From positions 149,668,001 through 149,732,000 of the forward strand of contig OX597817.1 in NCBI GenBank assembly GCA_951406725.2: a stretch of 64,000 bases of DNA, written 5' to 3'. Shown piece by piece: positions 14,090-27,150 of the stretch. Every line of letters starts with the position of its first letter. Position 1 is the first letter of the stretch. The DNA comes from Octopus vulgaris. Lineage: Eukaryota. The translations under genes were made by a program, and so were the position numbers. The notes under the pieces were generated by a model. That model saw nothing but the letters and a program-made list of their open reading frames with translations, made no database searches and was not told where the DNA came from.

Positions 14090-14643
14090 GCCCTGATGCA
14101 GTACCAGGCAGTGGCTCTCATGGCTTCTGATCTTAACTGATTGGAAGTGTTATCATGTACATTGTTTTGTCTTGGTATAAAAGATGGGCTACAGCAAATA
14201 TTCTGCTCAATACCACAGATTTGCTTGTCAGTTGTTTGACCTTAACCAGTTGAGCATGTCCCCTAGTGGCTGACGATATGTGCATCTCTGATCACGAGCA
14301 GAAGTAGTGGGGGAGCATCATAGCTATGTGTTGAGAGGGATTCTTTGGTGTTTGAATAATTCACCTCTGGAAACATGGGTGGTTCTTTCAACATCCTTAA
14401 ACAACCCCGTTTCAGGGACCTTTTGAGCGGGATGGGCTACTCAACCTGAAGAAAATTCTAACTGGGCCCCACCTGCAAGGTCATGTGCTGTTTATCTTGA
14501 TATGAGATCACCATGTCGCGCACATATGGTTGTGATGCATGTGCCTGGTGTACCCTTATCAGACGGGTAGTCATGATGGGTATAGTGGGCTTCGTATATT
14601 TTACCCCAGTGTCACTTTGATGGCATGAACTGCTCTCTCATTC
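14089..14643 (+). mobile_element. Probable 3' UTR fragment of a TAA-targeting LINE
   Basis: 555-bp complex insert precisely flanked by (TAA)n on both sides. Class inferred from context only. Confidence 0.55.
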
Positions 14644-14668
14644 AATAATAATAATAATAATAATAATC

Positions 14669-14703
<35 letters not shown>

Positions 14704-14704
<1 letters not shown>

Positions 14705-14935
14705 GAACTGCTCATATCCTTCACAAAATCCTCTCTATGTAATCTCAAGTTTTAAAACAAACATAATTTTCTTATGGTTTCTTAAGCATTCACTAGTACA
14801 ACACTAAGTACAAAACCAAATAAATGGCACCCTAGGCATAACACGAATATGAACTTCCAACTTGTTGTCTCTTGGGGTCTCTGGGTGAGACTTGGAGCCA
14901 ACTTGTACAAATGTAAAGCAAAAGTCAAACATAGA
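14704..14935 (+). mobile_element. R4/Dong-like LINE extreme 3' end (shorter copy at 13920-14020)
   Basis: Starts with RTAHILHKILSM* (cf. GTAHILRKVL*). Shares GTCTCTGGGTGAGACTTGGAGCCAAC...AAAGCAAAAGTCAAACAT plus (TAA)n with 13920-14020. Confidence 0.75.
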
Positions 14936-14942
14936 ATAATAC

Positions 14943-15024
<82 letters not shown>

Positions 15025-15293
15025 CATTTCTACTATAGGCACAAGGATTGGAATTTGTGGGGAGGAGATAGTCGATGTAATAAGCCCCCGTGCTCAACTT
15101 GTACTTATTTTATCGACTCCCGACATGATGAAGGGCAAAGTCAACCTCAACAGAATTTGAACTCGGAACGTAGTGACAGACGAAATGTAGCTGAGCATTT
15201 TGCCCGGCGTTTTACTGATTCTGCCAGCTCTCTACCTTACTAAGACTACTACTAATACTACAAATAATAATGATGATGATGATGATGATGATG

Positions 15294-15352
<59 letters not shown>

Positions 15353-15836
15353 GATACTGTTAAACTGTTGGCAACTTCTCTTGGAGATTGTTTAATCATA
15401 GCTTTAAAAAATAGAATTAAACGATTCGTCATAGACAAGTAAATTCGGTTATATTCCTGTAGACTGCCCAAATCTAATTAGACATAATATCAGCGATTTA
15501 TATCTTTGGTTCTCCCTATAGGCAATCTCTGAAGGAAATATAAAGACAATAAATGGATGAAAGCAATGCTTGTTCTTGAAGTAGTATAGAATTAGATCTT
15601 TGAAGTGACTACTTTACATTTCAGTTGTTGCCAATGATACAATGGCTGTCACAAACTTCTGCCAAACTTAAACAAGCTGTAGACGTTGGTTTACTGCCAA
15701 CAATATGTTGACTGCTATTAAGATCTCAAGTTTCGCGCAAGCAATACCATTACGTACATATGCACATAAATATATATATATATATATGCGTGTGCGCGGC
15801 GCGCGTGTGTGTGTGTTTGTATGTATGTGTGTATGT

Positions 15837-15880
<44 letters not shown>

Positions 15881-16456
15881 GTTTGGAGTAGGGTGGAAAG
15901 CGTGCACAGATTTCTCTCTTCTCCTTCAAGAAATCTTGATTGGAAGACCTCAAGCAAAAGTTCCAAATATTTCAACTGAAATCTTGAGATTAAAAGTGCA
16001 CGGCAACAGAAGTGTAAGAATCAAGCTATGGTAGAAAAATGAGACAATGAACGGTGAAGAAAGGCGGCGGGGGGGTTATATATGCGTGTGTGTATGTGTG
16101 TGTGTATGTGTTGGTGTGGGGGGCATGTATGTATGTATGTGTCTATGCGTGAGTATAGACGTACGTTGGTATATATACATATGTCGTATATATATGTATG
16201 TGTGTGATGGAGTTGTAAATACTTAGAGTGATTTGGTTTTTATATATACGCTCACATGCATACATATACATACATAGATAGATACATATATATATATATT
16301 TATATACATATATATACATATATATATATGTATATATATGTGTGTGTGTGTATATATATATATGCATGTATGTATACATATATATATATATAAATATGTA
16401 TATAGTGTGTATATATGTATGTATATATATATATATATATACATATATATGTGTGT

Positions 16457-16499
<43 letters not shown>

Positions 16500-16510
16500 G
16501 AGAGAGAGAT

Positions 16511-16555
<45 letters not shown>

Positions 16556-16721
16556 GACGGTGAGACAGAGTTTGTATGCGCAAGTGTTTGTGCGTGCTTC
16601 TCTGTTCATGATTAGATGCACGCATGGGCAAAGTGTGTGAGTTGGAAGTTAATACATAAGTGCCTGAGGTTTGTTAACAAGTTAACAGAAAAATATCAGT
16701 GTCTGTCTGATTGTGCTTGCT

Positions 16722-16795
<74 letters not shown>

Positions 16796-17271
16796 TGATT
16801 TACAAATCAAGAAAAGAAAAAAAAAATACAACTTAGTAGCAAAGCGATATTGTTTTGCATCATTTAATAATTATCATGTTCTTTCTCATTTTCTACTAAA
16901 TATAGGATTTTAGCGAGACTTCAGCACCTTATAGTTTCAGGTGACGCCTTGGGAATCCGTCCTCGAGTCTTTGAACAAAGAATGCTGCTCATTATTGTTA
17001 TTCTTATCTGATTAAAGCTGCATCGCTCTATCCTGAAAAATCTTCTGCCATTTCTATCGGGTAATATGCTAGGTCGGGTATTGGTAGTCCCACGATCGCA
17101 GTTATTAAAGTAACAACTTATCCTATGACGTCATAACATACTTCTGGTCAAAAACCAACTTAAACTTCGAGCTACCGACGGAGTCTATATATGGTTACTC
17201 GATTTGATGTAAACAGCAGCAAAATTTTCAAATCATATCCACCGCCTTAAAAAAGGAAGGATGCATTAGAA

Positions 17272-17654
17272 CAATCATAGGCAAACTACGGCCCTTGGAC
17301 TTTCTGAATGGAACACGTAACGAAAATTTACCTCGAAATTTTCTGTAGTGCTGCCCGCTTGATGGTAAGCCAGTCTCATGCGGCCCACCTGATGATGAGC
17401 CAGTCTCATGCGGCCCACCTGGGGATGAGCCAGTCTTATGCGGCCTACATGGTGATGAGCCAGTCTCATGCAGCCCACCTGATGATGAGCCAGTCTCATG
17501 CGACCCACCTAGTGATGAACCAGTCTCATGCGACCCACCTGGTGATGAGCCAGTCTTATGCGGCCTACATGGTGATGAGCCAGTCTCATGAAGCCTACCT
17601 GATGATGAGCCAGTCTCATGCGGCCCTCTTCTCGAAAAAGGTTGCCCATGCCTG
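17272..17654. mobile_element. hAT (Charlie-type) MITE with 8-bp TSD and internal minisatellite
   Basis: Left end CAATCATAGGCAAACTACGGCCC, right end AAAAGGTTGCCCATGCCTG; TSD CATTAGAA (17264-17271) / CATTAGAT (17655-17662). Confidence 0.8.
17358..17627. repeat. 30-bp minisatellite, 9 copies
   Basis: Unit GATGAGCCAGTCTCATGCGGCCCACCTGAT and variants. Confidence 0.95.
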
Positions 17655-18399
17655 CATTAGATGTTCGAGTCCTAGATAACCTGTAAAAGATGGGATGGCC
17701 AGAAAGGAATGTTTGAATACAGAAGCAACGTCTTTGTACGAAATAACAGCAATAACTCGTTTATTCTTGTACAAAAAAAAAAAACAGAAAATAAGATTAG
17801 TGTCACTTAAAATGTTATCAGAGCTAATTTAAATGATTTGACGATTACCAGCGACCTCTATTTGATTGAGAGATTGCTTGCTTATCACAACGAATAATTG
17901 TATTATTCACTGTCGTATCTCGAGGCTGAAACATATGAAAGAATAAAAGAATGCGCATCTGTTGTACGTATCATTCGTTTACAAAGAGACATTGGAGTAC
18001 ATAAAAGTCATTCGAATACATAGCAATAATGAAAACGAAACAAAAGTAGACAGAGAAATATTAGTTCATAAACTACCATTTTATATAGATTTTCCTCAGC
18101 AAACAGAAAGCTAAGCAAAATACAAACCTAAAGCCAACACACATGCAGTTTGTCTGTGATTTCGTTCGCAGCTTTCAATTATTTTCAAATCTTTTTCACT
18201 GATATAGTTTTGCATGCTAATTGTTGCCTTCCTCTGCGTTTCCTGATGCGAGGTAGGTTCTACCGATACTACATACATCCACACCCACAAGATATATATA
18301 TATATATAAAATATCGTGTACATTAAAACACATTAAGAGGCTTCCACTTGTTTTCAATAATAGAAATATTAAAATTACTAAGTCTCTCTAAAGGAGATT

Positions 18400-18570
18400 A
18401 CGGCAGCGTTACTGGAAATTAACTGTTATCGCCATACTTATATGGCAGTCTTAGCTGTCACTGATTAGCTCCAAGAGGCCATCGCCTCAAGCTAGCTATT
18501 TGACACACAACCTGCGTCCATTATAAAAAATTCGAACAGGGGAGGTCACCCGCTTCATCCTGCCAGTCAG
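18400..18570 (-). mobile_element. Diverged relative of the 11269-11743 element
   Basis: Minus strand GGACGCAGGTTGTGTGTC-AAATAGCTAGCTTGAGGCGATGGCCTCTTGGAGCTA...GCCATATAAGTATGGC is collinear with the repeat at 11269. Confidence 0.6.
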
Positions 18571-18805
18571 TAGCAACACCTGCTGGGTCTGACTACGCTG
18601 CATTGATAAAGGGCAAATAATATATATATATCTTTGTATGTGTAAAGTAACAGTTTTGAAAAAGCCATTGGTTTCATATCTAGCATGAACTAGATATATC
18701 TTCAGTTTCTCTAAACGATAACTGTTCTCTGCAAAGAATGTTTTTTCAAAGCACAAGAACGCCGATGACAGTTCAAGAAATATTCCTCTTACAAAATTAT
18801 AGAAG

Positions 18806-18853
18806 GTCTTACAGCTGTTTCCAGGATATTTATTATATCCCTTCATCGGAGAC
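18806..18853 (-). ncRNA. Variant hammerhead motif with adjacent inverted duplication (18884-18904)
   Basis: Minus strand GTCT-CCGATGA-A-GGGATAT-AATAA-ATATCCT-G-GAAAC-AGCT-GTA-AGAC. U4C core variant, palindromic stem III. Confidence 0.65.
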
Positions 18854-19145
18854 GGTGTGAGAAAATGGTTATGCAACTATTTTCTGGAAACAGCTGTAAG
18901 ACCTATTAATAAATGTTCTAAATCTTCACAGCCTTGGGGGTTTTTTTTTTATCTCATTCTGAAAAAAAACTTTATATATATATATATATATATACGACGG
19001 GCTTCTTTCAGTTTCCGTCTACCAAATCCACTCACAAGGCTTTGGTAAGCAAGCTACTTACTTACTACACAGCTACTCCTGGGCCTATACCACACAATGT
19101 ATAATATATTTATAAAAGCATGCGTGTGTGTGTCTGTGTGTGTGT

Positions 19146-19189
<44 letters not shown>

Positions 19190-19461
19190 GTGCACGTGTG
19201 TGTGTTTGTCCTAATGGTGAGGGTGTTGCACTCATGATCGTGAGATCGTGGTTTCGATTTCCGGACTGGTTATGCGTTGTATTCCTCAGCAAAACATTTC
19301 GTTTTACGTTGCTCCACACCACTCAGCCGTAAATGGGTTGAGCCTGCGACAGATTGGTACACAAAGGTGAGACGGGGACTCAAAAATATCGCCCGAACAG
19401 ACGCCTTCGTGAACCACGTTTTGCATTCAGCGATCGAAGAGATGATTAGTACAAGTGTGTA

Positions 19462-20060
19462 AGGCGACGAGCTGGCAGAAACGTTAGCACGGCGGGCGAG
19501 ATGCTTAGCAGTATTTTGTCTGCCGCTACGTTCTGAGTTCAAATTCCGGCGAGGTCGACTTTGCCTTTCATCCTTTCGGGGTCGATAAATTAAGCACCAG
19601 TTATGCACTGGAGTCGATGTAATCAGCTTAATCCCTTTGTCTGTCCTTGTTTGTCCCCTCTATGTGTAGCCCCTTGTGGGTAATAAAGAAATAAGAAACG
19701 TTAGCACGCCGGGCGAAATACTTAGCGGTATTTCGTCTGCCGTTACGTTCTGATTTCAAATTCCGCCGAGGTCGACTTTGCCTTTCATCATTTCGGGGTC
19801 GATAAATCAAGTACCTGTTACGCACTGGGGTCGATGTAATCGACTTAATCCGTTTGTCTGTCCTTGTTTGTGCTCTCTGCGTTTAGCCCCTTGTGGGTAG
19901 TAAAGAAATAGGTATTTTGTCTGCCGTTACGTTCTGAGTTCAAATTCCGCCGAGGTCGACTTTCATTCTTTTGGGTTCGATAAATTAAGCACCAGTTGCG
20001 AACTGGAATCGATCTAATCGACTGGCTCTCTCACCAAAAAGTACGGGCCTTGTGTCTATG
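19462..20060 (+). mobile_element. SINE family A multimer (about 3 units)
   Basis: Junctions GAAATA|AGAAACGTTAGC (~19692) and GAAATAGG|TATTTTGTCTG (~19912). Confidence 0.85.
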
Positions 20061-20131
20061 TCTAGAATAAAAAAAAGTAGCAGAGGGTGGAGGAGTAGGG
20101 ATCGACGATGACGACGACGTGGACGATGATG

Positions 20132-20164
<33 letters not shown>

Positions 20165-20344
20165 TGTATGTATGTATGTATGTATGTATGTATGTTTGTG
20201 TGTATGTGTACTTTTATTTATATGTATATATATATGCTTAAAAGCAACAATATAGATTTTATAGATTTTCAATGTTTATACAGTCTCAGCAAGAAACAAT
20301 TGAGCAAATTGATTCTCGCGTGTTCTTTATTGTGTCAGTGAAGT

Positions 20345-20650
20345 CCTGTGGCGGAGTGGTTAAGGTATTCGGCTCACAGGCTTCAGGTCGTGAGTTCGAT
20401 TCTTGGGGGCGTGTCGTGGCATTGTATTTCACGTTGCTCCAATACACTCAGCTGGCAAAAATGAGATGTGCCTGTAATTCAGAGAGCCAGCCCTGTCACA
20501 TTCTGCATCACGCTGAATCTCCCAGAGAACTACGTTAAGGATACGCAGGTCTGTGAAGGGCTCAGCCACTTGCACGTTAAATATCACGAGCAGATTGTTT
20601 CGTTGATCGGATCAACGACAAGGCTCATCATCGTAACCGACGGAGTGCCA
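20345..20650 (+). mobile_element. SINE family C
   Basis: tRNA-like head GGAGTGGTTAAGG..GAGTTCGATTC; tail GCTGAATCTCCCAGAGAACTACGTTAAGG...GACGGAGTGCCA shared with the 48225 and 53200 copies. Confidence 0.75.
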
Positions 20651-20709
20651 ATTTTTTGTATCTATTTATTCCTTTTCTACGCCTTATTAGCAAGAATTAA
20701 TTTATAATT

Positions 20710-22143
20710 TTTTCTACTATAGGCACGTGCCTGAAATTTTAGAGCTGTGGGTTAGTCGATTACCTCGACCACACAACACCCCCACCCCACATCAGCACTC
20801 AAAAGATACTTTATTGACTCTGAAAAGATAAAAGACAAAGTCAACTTCGGCACAATTTGAACTCAGAACGCAGACAGCCGAAAGAAATGACACCAAGCAT
20901 TTTGTCCCACCTTGCTAACGATTCTGCCAGCTCGTGGCCTTACTAACAAATATAATCCTCTCTACTATAGGTACAAGGCCTGAAATTTTGGAAGAAGGAG
21001 TAGCAGTTACATCGACCCCAGTACGCAACTGGTACTTATTTCATCGACCCAGAAAAGATTAACAAAGACGAACAAAATGCCACCGAGTAGTTTGTCCAAC
21101 TCGCTAACGTTTCTGCCAACTCGCCGACTTACAACGAAGAAATATAAAATGGTTTTCAAATTTTGCCACAAGGATTTTAGGGAGGGAATGAGTCGATTAC
21201 ATCAACTCCAGTGTTCAACTGGTATTTAATTTATCGACCCCGAAAGGATGAAAGGCAAAGTCAGCTTCGACGGAATTTGAACTCAGAACGTAGCGACGGA
21301 CGAAATAGCGCTAAGCATTTCGTCCAGCGCGCTAACGATTCGGCCAAGCTCGACGCCTTATACCCAAGAAATATAATCCCTTCAATAATAGATGCAAGGC
21401 TTGAAATTTGTGGAGAGGAGTTAAGTCGATTATATCGACCCCAGTGCTAACTGGTGCTTATTCAATCGACCCCGAAAGCATGAAAGGCAAAATCGACCTC
21501 GGCGGAATTTGAACTCAGAACGTAGCGGCAGACGAAATACCTATTTCTTTACTACCCACAAGAGGCTAAACACAGAGAAGACAAACAAGGACAGACAAAC
21601 GGATTAAGTCGATTACATCGACCCCAGTGCGTAACTGGTACTTAATTTATCGACCCCGAAAGGATGAAAGGCAAAGTCGACCTCGGCGGAATTTGAACTC
21701 AGAACGTAACGGCAGACGAAATACTTATTTCTTTACTACCCACAAGGAGCTAAACACAGAGGCGACAAACAAGGACAGACAAAAGGATTAAGTCGATTAT
21801 ATCGACCCCAGTGTGTAACTGGTACTTATTTAATCGACCCCGAAAGGATGAAAGGCAAAATCGACCTCGGCGGAATTTGAACTCAAAACGTAACAGCCGA
21901 CGAAACACCTATTTCTTTCCTACCCACAAGGGGCTAAACACAGAGGCGACAAACAAGGACAGACAAAAGGATTAAGTCTATTACATCGAACTCAGTGCGT
22001 AACTGGAACTTAATTTATCGATCCCGAAAGGATGAAAGGCAAAGTTGACCTCGACGGAATTTGAACTCAGAACGTAGCGGCAGACGAAATGCTACTAAGC
22101 ATTTCGCCCAGCGTGCTAACGTTTCTACCAGCTCGCCGCCTTA
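20710..22143 (-). mobile_element. Cluster of SINE family A copies: older monomers plus a young tandem array with 184-bp period
   Basis: Junctions at about 21540, 21724 and 21908; single head at about 22143. Confidence 0.88.
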
Positions 22144-22572
22144 CACCCAAGAAATAATATGAACTGAAAGTAAGTGGAAGCTAAAATTTTCACAAAGAAC
22201 GATATTATAACAGGCGAAAGGAAGCTTCCATCGTTCTAGTTTAGATGAACAAAGAAAATAAATATATATATAGACGCGGAAAGAAGCAATATCTTATCGG
22301 AAATCGACAAAGTACAAGCTTTTTTTTCTAACAAGATCCGGCAACACGTGGAAGTGTTCTGAGAAATTATTAATTTTTTTCCTTTTTTTTTAATGGTTTT
22401 TGAAAGTGATTGGATATCGGTGGGGGAGGTGGGGGATGGAGGGAATTTATATTCTGTTTTATTATTTAATGTCTACCAGCTAACATGACAATACCACAAA
22501 GTTATCGGCCATTCAGAGAAACCTGATATGTATGTCTACATATATACCTACATATATACATATATATATGCA

Positions 22573-22619
<47 letters not shown>

Positions 22620-22633
22620 ATGCATAGGTATGG

Positions 22634-22668
<35 letters not shown>

Positions 22669-22709
22669 TGTTGCTTATTTTGATATATATATATATGTAT
22701 ATATATATG

Positions 22710-22778
<69 letters not shown>

Positions 22779-23394
22779 ATGCAGGCTTTTTTGTATGTAT
22801 ACATGTAAATAGAAATGTGTATATACATGTGCACACACAATATATAAATAAGTATGTATGTGTGTGCGTGTGTGTGTGAGCATGTGTAATGGTGCGTGCG
22901 TGAGTGTGTACGTGTGTATATTAATTAAGAAAAAAAAAGGGTATCTGTACACAAAATAAACCAAATACTAGAATGAAATAAGATTCAAACATACCTTCTT
23001 ACGTACAACCATTCAGATGAACAGTGAAGTGTAGTTGTTATGCGTGTATATATAAGCGTGAGTGAACACGTGTTTTGACCCAAAAAAAAAATATTAAATT
23101 AAATATATTTATTATTCTGTGAATATCACCAACACTCGATTAAATTTCATTTAAAAATTGAATGAACAAAAAGAAGATCCTGCAACGAGAAATTCTTTTC
23201 TTCATTGTTTTTTCTTCCTCTTCATCTTATTTTCCTCTACTTTTTCTTCTTTTTCTTCTTCTCCTCCTACTCCACCTCCTCCTCCTTCCTTCTGTCATTT
23301 ATAAACCCACTTCGTTTCCTTGACATTTGAGCTTTTTATTTCCTCTTTCTCCACGATATACATGCGTGTACGCGTTCGTGTATGTGAGTGTGTG

Positions 23395-23433
<39 letters not shown>

Positions 23434-23578
23434 ATATGTATGTATATATATTGACATATGTGTGTATATATATATATATATACCTACATGTGGTTATGTA
23501 TAGATGTATGTACATACATTAATATGTATACATTTACATATATATATTACATATAGTAATGTATACATGTATATATGC

Positions 23579-23630
<52 letters not shown>

Positions 23631-23973
23631 GACTACGTGAATGTGTGTGTATATAAATACATACACACACACATATGTGTATATGTATATATATGTATAT
23701 ATACATATATATATATATGTGCGCATATATATATACACATGCATATATATATATACATATATACATATAGATACATACATATATATATCTACATATATAC
23801 ACATGTATATATGCATACATACATACATACATATATATATACATACATATATACATACATACATGCATATTCATCATTCTTTGAAACTGGTGTCCCCACT
23901 TCATTGCCTTCTTTTGTGCTCATTGCCTTGCACGTGTGTAGTGTGTGTGCGTTGTGTGTGCATGCGTGTGTGT

Positions 23974-24071
<98 letters not shown>

Positions 24072-24345
24072 AGTTTTCGTTCTGTATCTTCATTCCATAT
24101 ATCTCATAATTAAATTGCGGAAATATAATGAAATTATTAAGTTTCTAAAAAGTTGTCTACAATTGATTTCTCGCGGCATATTCTCCTATGGAATATTTCG
24201 GAGAGAAAAAGAAGGTGGGAGGTGGGGCTAAAAATGAAAGATTTCGACAAAAAGGAAGCATGTAGACATCAGAACGTGTGTTGAAACGTACGTATACACA
24301 CACACACACAAACACAACAGCCTCGCATTTATGTTTGTGTATGTG

Positions 24346-24426
<81 letters not shown>

Positions 24427-24659
24427 ATATACTATGTATGTATGTATGTATTTATGTATGTATAAGGTGTAATTCTTGGTTATAGGATTCCATTACTTTA
24501 ATGGAAAGCTGCTAGCTGGAACTATGTAACCTTGTACGCTATACATGTTACACGGATATGTATTGAGTTCTTGTTTATATATATATATTTACTTTGTTGG
24601 TAGTTTTACCCGAGCCCTGATCACAATGATGAGCACAGCACCTACAATATGTGTGTGTG

Positions 24660-24712
<53 letters not shown>

Positions 24713-24997
24713 CTGTGTGTGAGTGTCTGTGTGTGTGTGCGCGCGCGTTTGAGGGTCTAATTTATGTGCAAAGAAAACCACACGCTGAGAAGCTCACACA
24801 TACAAGTGTCCTTGCCTAGATCTATATCTAAGTAATTGTGTGGGTGTATGTGATTTTTATGTGTATGTCTTTGTGAACGTTGATGCGGCTATTAGTGTGC
24901 ATACGCTTATGATTCGTATTTATGTATGTATGAAAAAATGTATGTATGTTTTAAGTGTTCGTTTTGCTTAAGAATTCTTCGTTTGTATATATATATA

Positions 24998-25391
24998 CTA
25001 GCAGTATCGCCCGGCGTTGCTCGGGTTTGTAAGGGAAATAACTATACAGCATTTTTAGAGAGTTATAGCCAAAAAATAGCAAAAAAATGCATTAAAAATG
25101 GAAAAAATATGATGGTAAATTTTTTTTTAAATCGTTGACTCATCGTAGACATTTTTAGAGAGTTACTTCCCTTTAAAAAAATATGCATGAAAATGGAAAA
25201 AAATGATGGTAAATTATTTTTAAAATCGTAGACTCATCGTAGACGCGCGCTAATACCCAGAAGGGCTCGATATGAATCACGACTATAAGATACCCGGTTT
25301 TGGTTAAACTGCACCGCAAAATGTGGGAGTAGTTAGGAATCTAAATCGAAGGGGACAGACACTCACACAACTACAGTTTTATATATAAAGA
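24998..25391 (-). mobile_element. Non-autonomous Helitron (short variant)
   Basis: Minus strand begins TC(TTTATATATAAAA) and ends with hairpin CCCGAGCAACGCCGGG followed by CTAG; sits between A and T with no TSD. Confidence 0.85.
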
Positions 25392-25458
25392 TATACGCAT
25401 GCTAACCTGTCCTTCTGCATGTGTATATGTGTATATCTAAGCATGTATCTATGAATAA

Positions 25459-25539
<81 letters not shown>

Positions 25540-25781
25540 GTGTGTGTGTGTGTATCAATGTTTGTTTTTATATTCAGTTATGATCCGACTATTGCTTAGC
25601 TGGCCGAAACTTCGAAGACACTATCAATGATATTCTTGTTTCAGAACAATATATGTGTATGTGTATGTGTGTATATGCGTGTGTGTGTGTGTGTGAGAGA
25701 GAGAGTGTGTGAGTGCGTGTATATATGTATGTTTCTTTTTTTATAAAGCTGTCAAAGAAGTTTTCATAAATCAGGAACATG

Positions 25782-25837
<56 letters not shown>

Positions 25838-26479
25838 AATAAAAATGAGTTTTCGTGTGCATTTATGTTTGCGTGTATGTGTGCGTGTGTGTCTGCGTGT
25901 GAGGGTGTATACACACACACACACACACACACAAACATAAACACACACCTACGCACGCACGCACACTCTTAGGCAAAAATGAAAATGAGCCAAACCTTGT
26001 TATTATAACTTTGTCGCGTTAAAGTGTATTATATACAGCAACTTTAATAGATTATTTACTCTGATACTTTCTGTACATAGCATTTCGGGAGAAAATTGTG
26101 TTTTACAAAATTGCATACAGGATTTTTTGTGTAATAACGAAACTGAAGAGTTCAAGTTTTTCGTCTTTTACCCTTAAGGGCTAATATCGCAAGTAAGAAA
26201 GAAGTTTCTAAAAAGTAGGACAGTTCTTTTATGTAAATAAAAATATTTGAAAGAAGCATTTAGAATGTTAAGAAGTCTATATTTTGATTTATTTTCAATG
26301 GACGTTTGTAAGAAGTTTCTGTTAATGCTTTTATCAAAAGGTGTGCATAAATAGCTCTAATTAAGCTTGTAAAACTTTTTTTTTTATGAATATACCTTTA
26401 AAGGTGTATTTGTGAAGTATGCCTTCAAACGAAAAGACATTCCCTACTGCTATAAATTTTAAAAGCATATCACTATTCT

Positions 26480-27150
26480 TCATAAAGTAAGCATAATTCA
26501 TTCCGAAATCCACAAGTTGCTTAAGAAGAAAATATTGCTCCTGGCATAAAAGGAAGAGGTCAACGCTTTGGTAAGGAAAAAAAGATCTAGCAGACGTAGA
26601 ACTACTGTTATTACAGATGCCAGAAGAATGAAATCTTTGTTTCATCAGATGAGAAAGAAGAGCTTGCAGCATCTGTCAAGAGTCTACAGCTTTTGAAAAC
26701 AAACCCATTCAAAGAAGGTTGGAAGATACTTTTTTTTTTGCCTCAAAAATTGTGCTTGGAAGCTTCTGTTAAGTGAGAAATGCATAAAGGATAAACTGCA
26801 CTGCTTGACCAAATATGGTAACTGTGATTTAGACGGGATTCAGAAAGTGCTCTGGGCTGGTGAGTCGAGATGTGAGCTATGTTATGAAGCATGAGAACGT
26901 TTCTATCACAGAGCTAATGAGAAACCCTATCTTGAATGTATTTCCCTATTGATCATTTTTTTTCTTTTCTTTTTTACGATCCCTTTTGATCGAAAACCCA
27001 CCTCCACTTTTTTTTTCTCCCCAAAAAGAAAAGCTCTATTTTGCAATTTGTCCCCTCTGTGTTCAGCCCTATGTGGCGAATAAAGAAACGTATCTTGAAT
27101 GTATTTCAACAACTGTGAAGTACGATGATGGTAGAATCATGTATGAGATG
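26480..27150 (+). pseudogene. Tc1-type transposase relic, interrupted by a LINE tail
   Basis: RSSRRRTTVITDARRMK (cf. RSGRPRKTT..DDR), IQRRL, KLLLSEKCIKDKL (cf. KPLLS), KVLWAGESRCEL (cf. VLWSDESKFEL), TVKYDDGRIM (cf. TVKHGGGSIM), all in the correct order. Confidence 0.75.
26945..27090 (+). mobile_element. 5'-truncated retroelement 3' end with 17-bp TSD
   Basis: TSD TATCTTGAATGTATTTC at 26928-26944 and 27091-27107. Ends TTTGTCCCCTCTGTGTTCAGCCCTATGTGGCGAATAAAGAAA, like the SINE A tail. Confidence 0.8.

Larger units (their letters stand above)
13762..15350. repeat. Interrupted (TAA)n tract hosting several retroelement 3' ends
   Basis: TAA runs at about 13762-13900, 14020-14088, 14644-14703, 14936-15022 and 15293-15350, separated by inserts. 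Confidence 0.9.

Noticed and set aside
17308-17679. 123-aa repeat protein (MSQSHAAHLM)n
   Set aside because: The frame stays open only because the unit is 30 bp, and it lies inside a hAT MITE.
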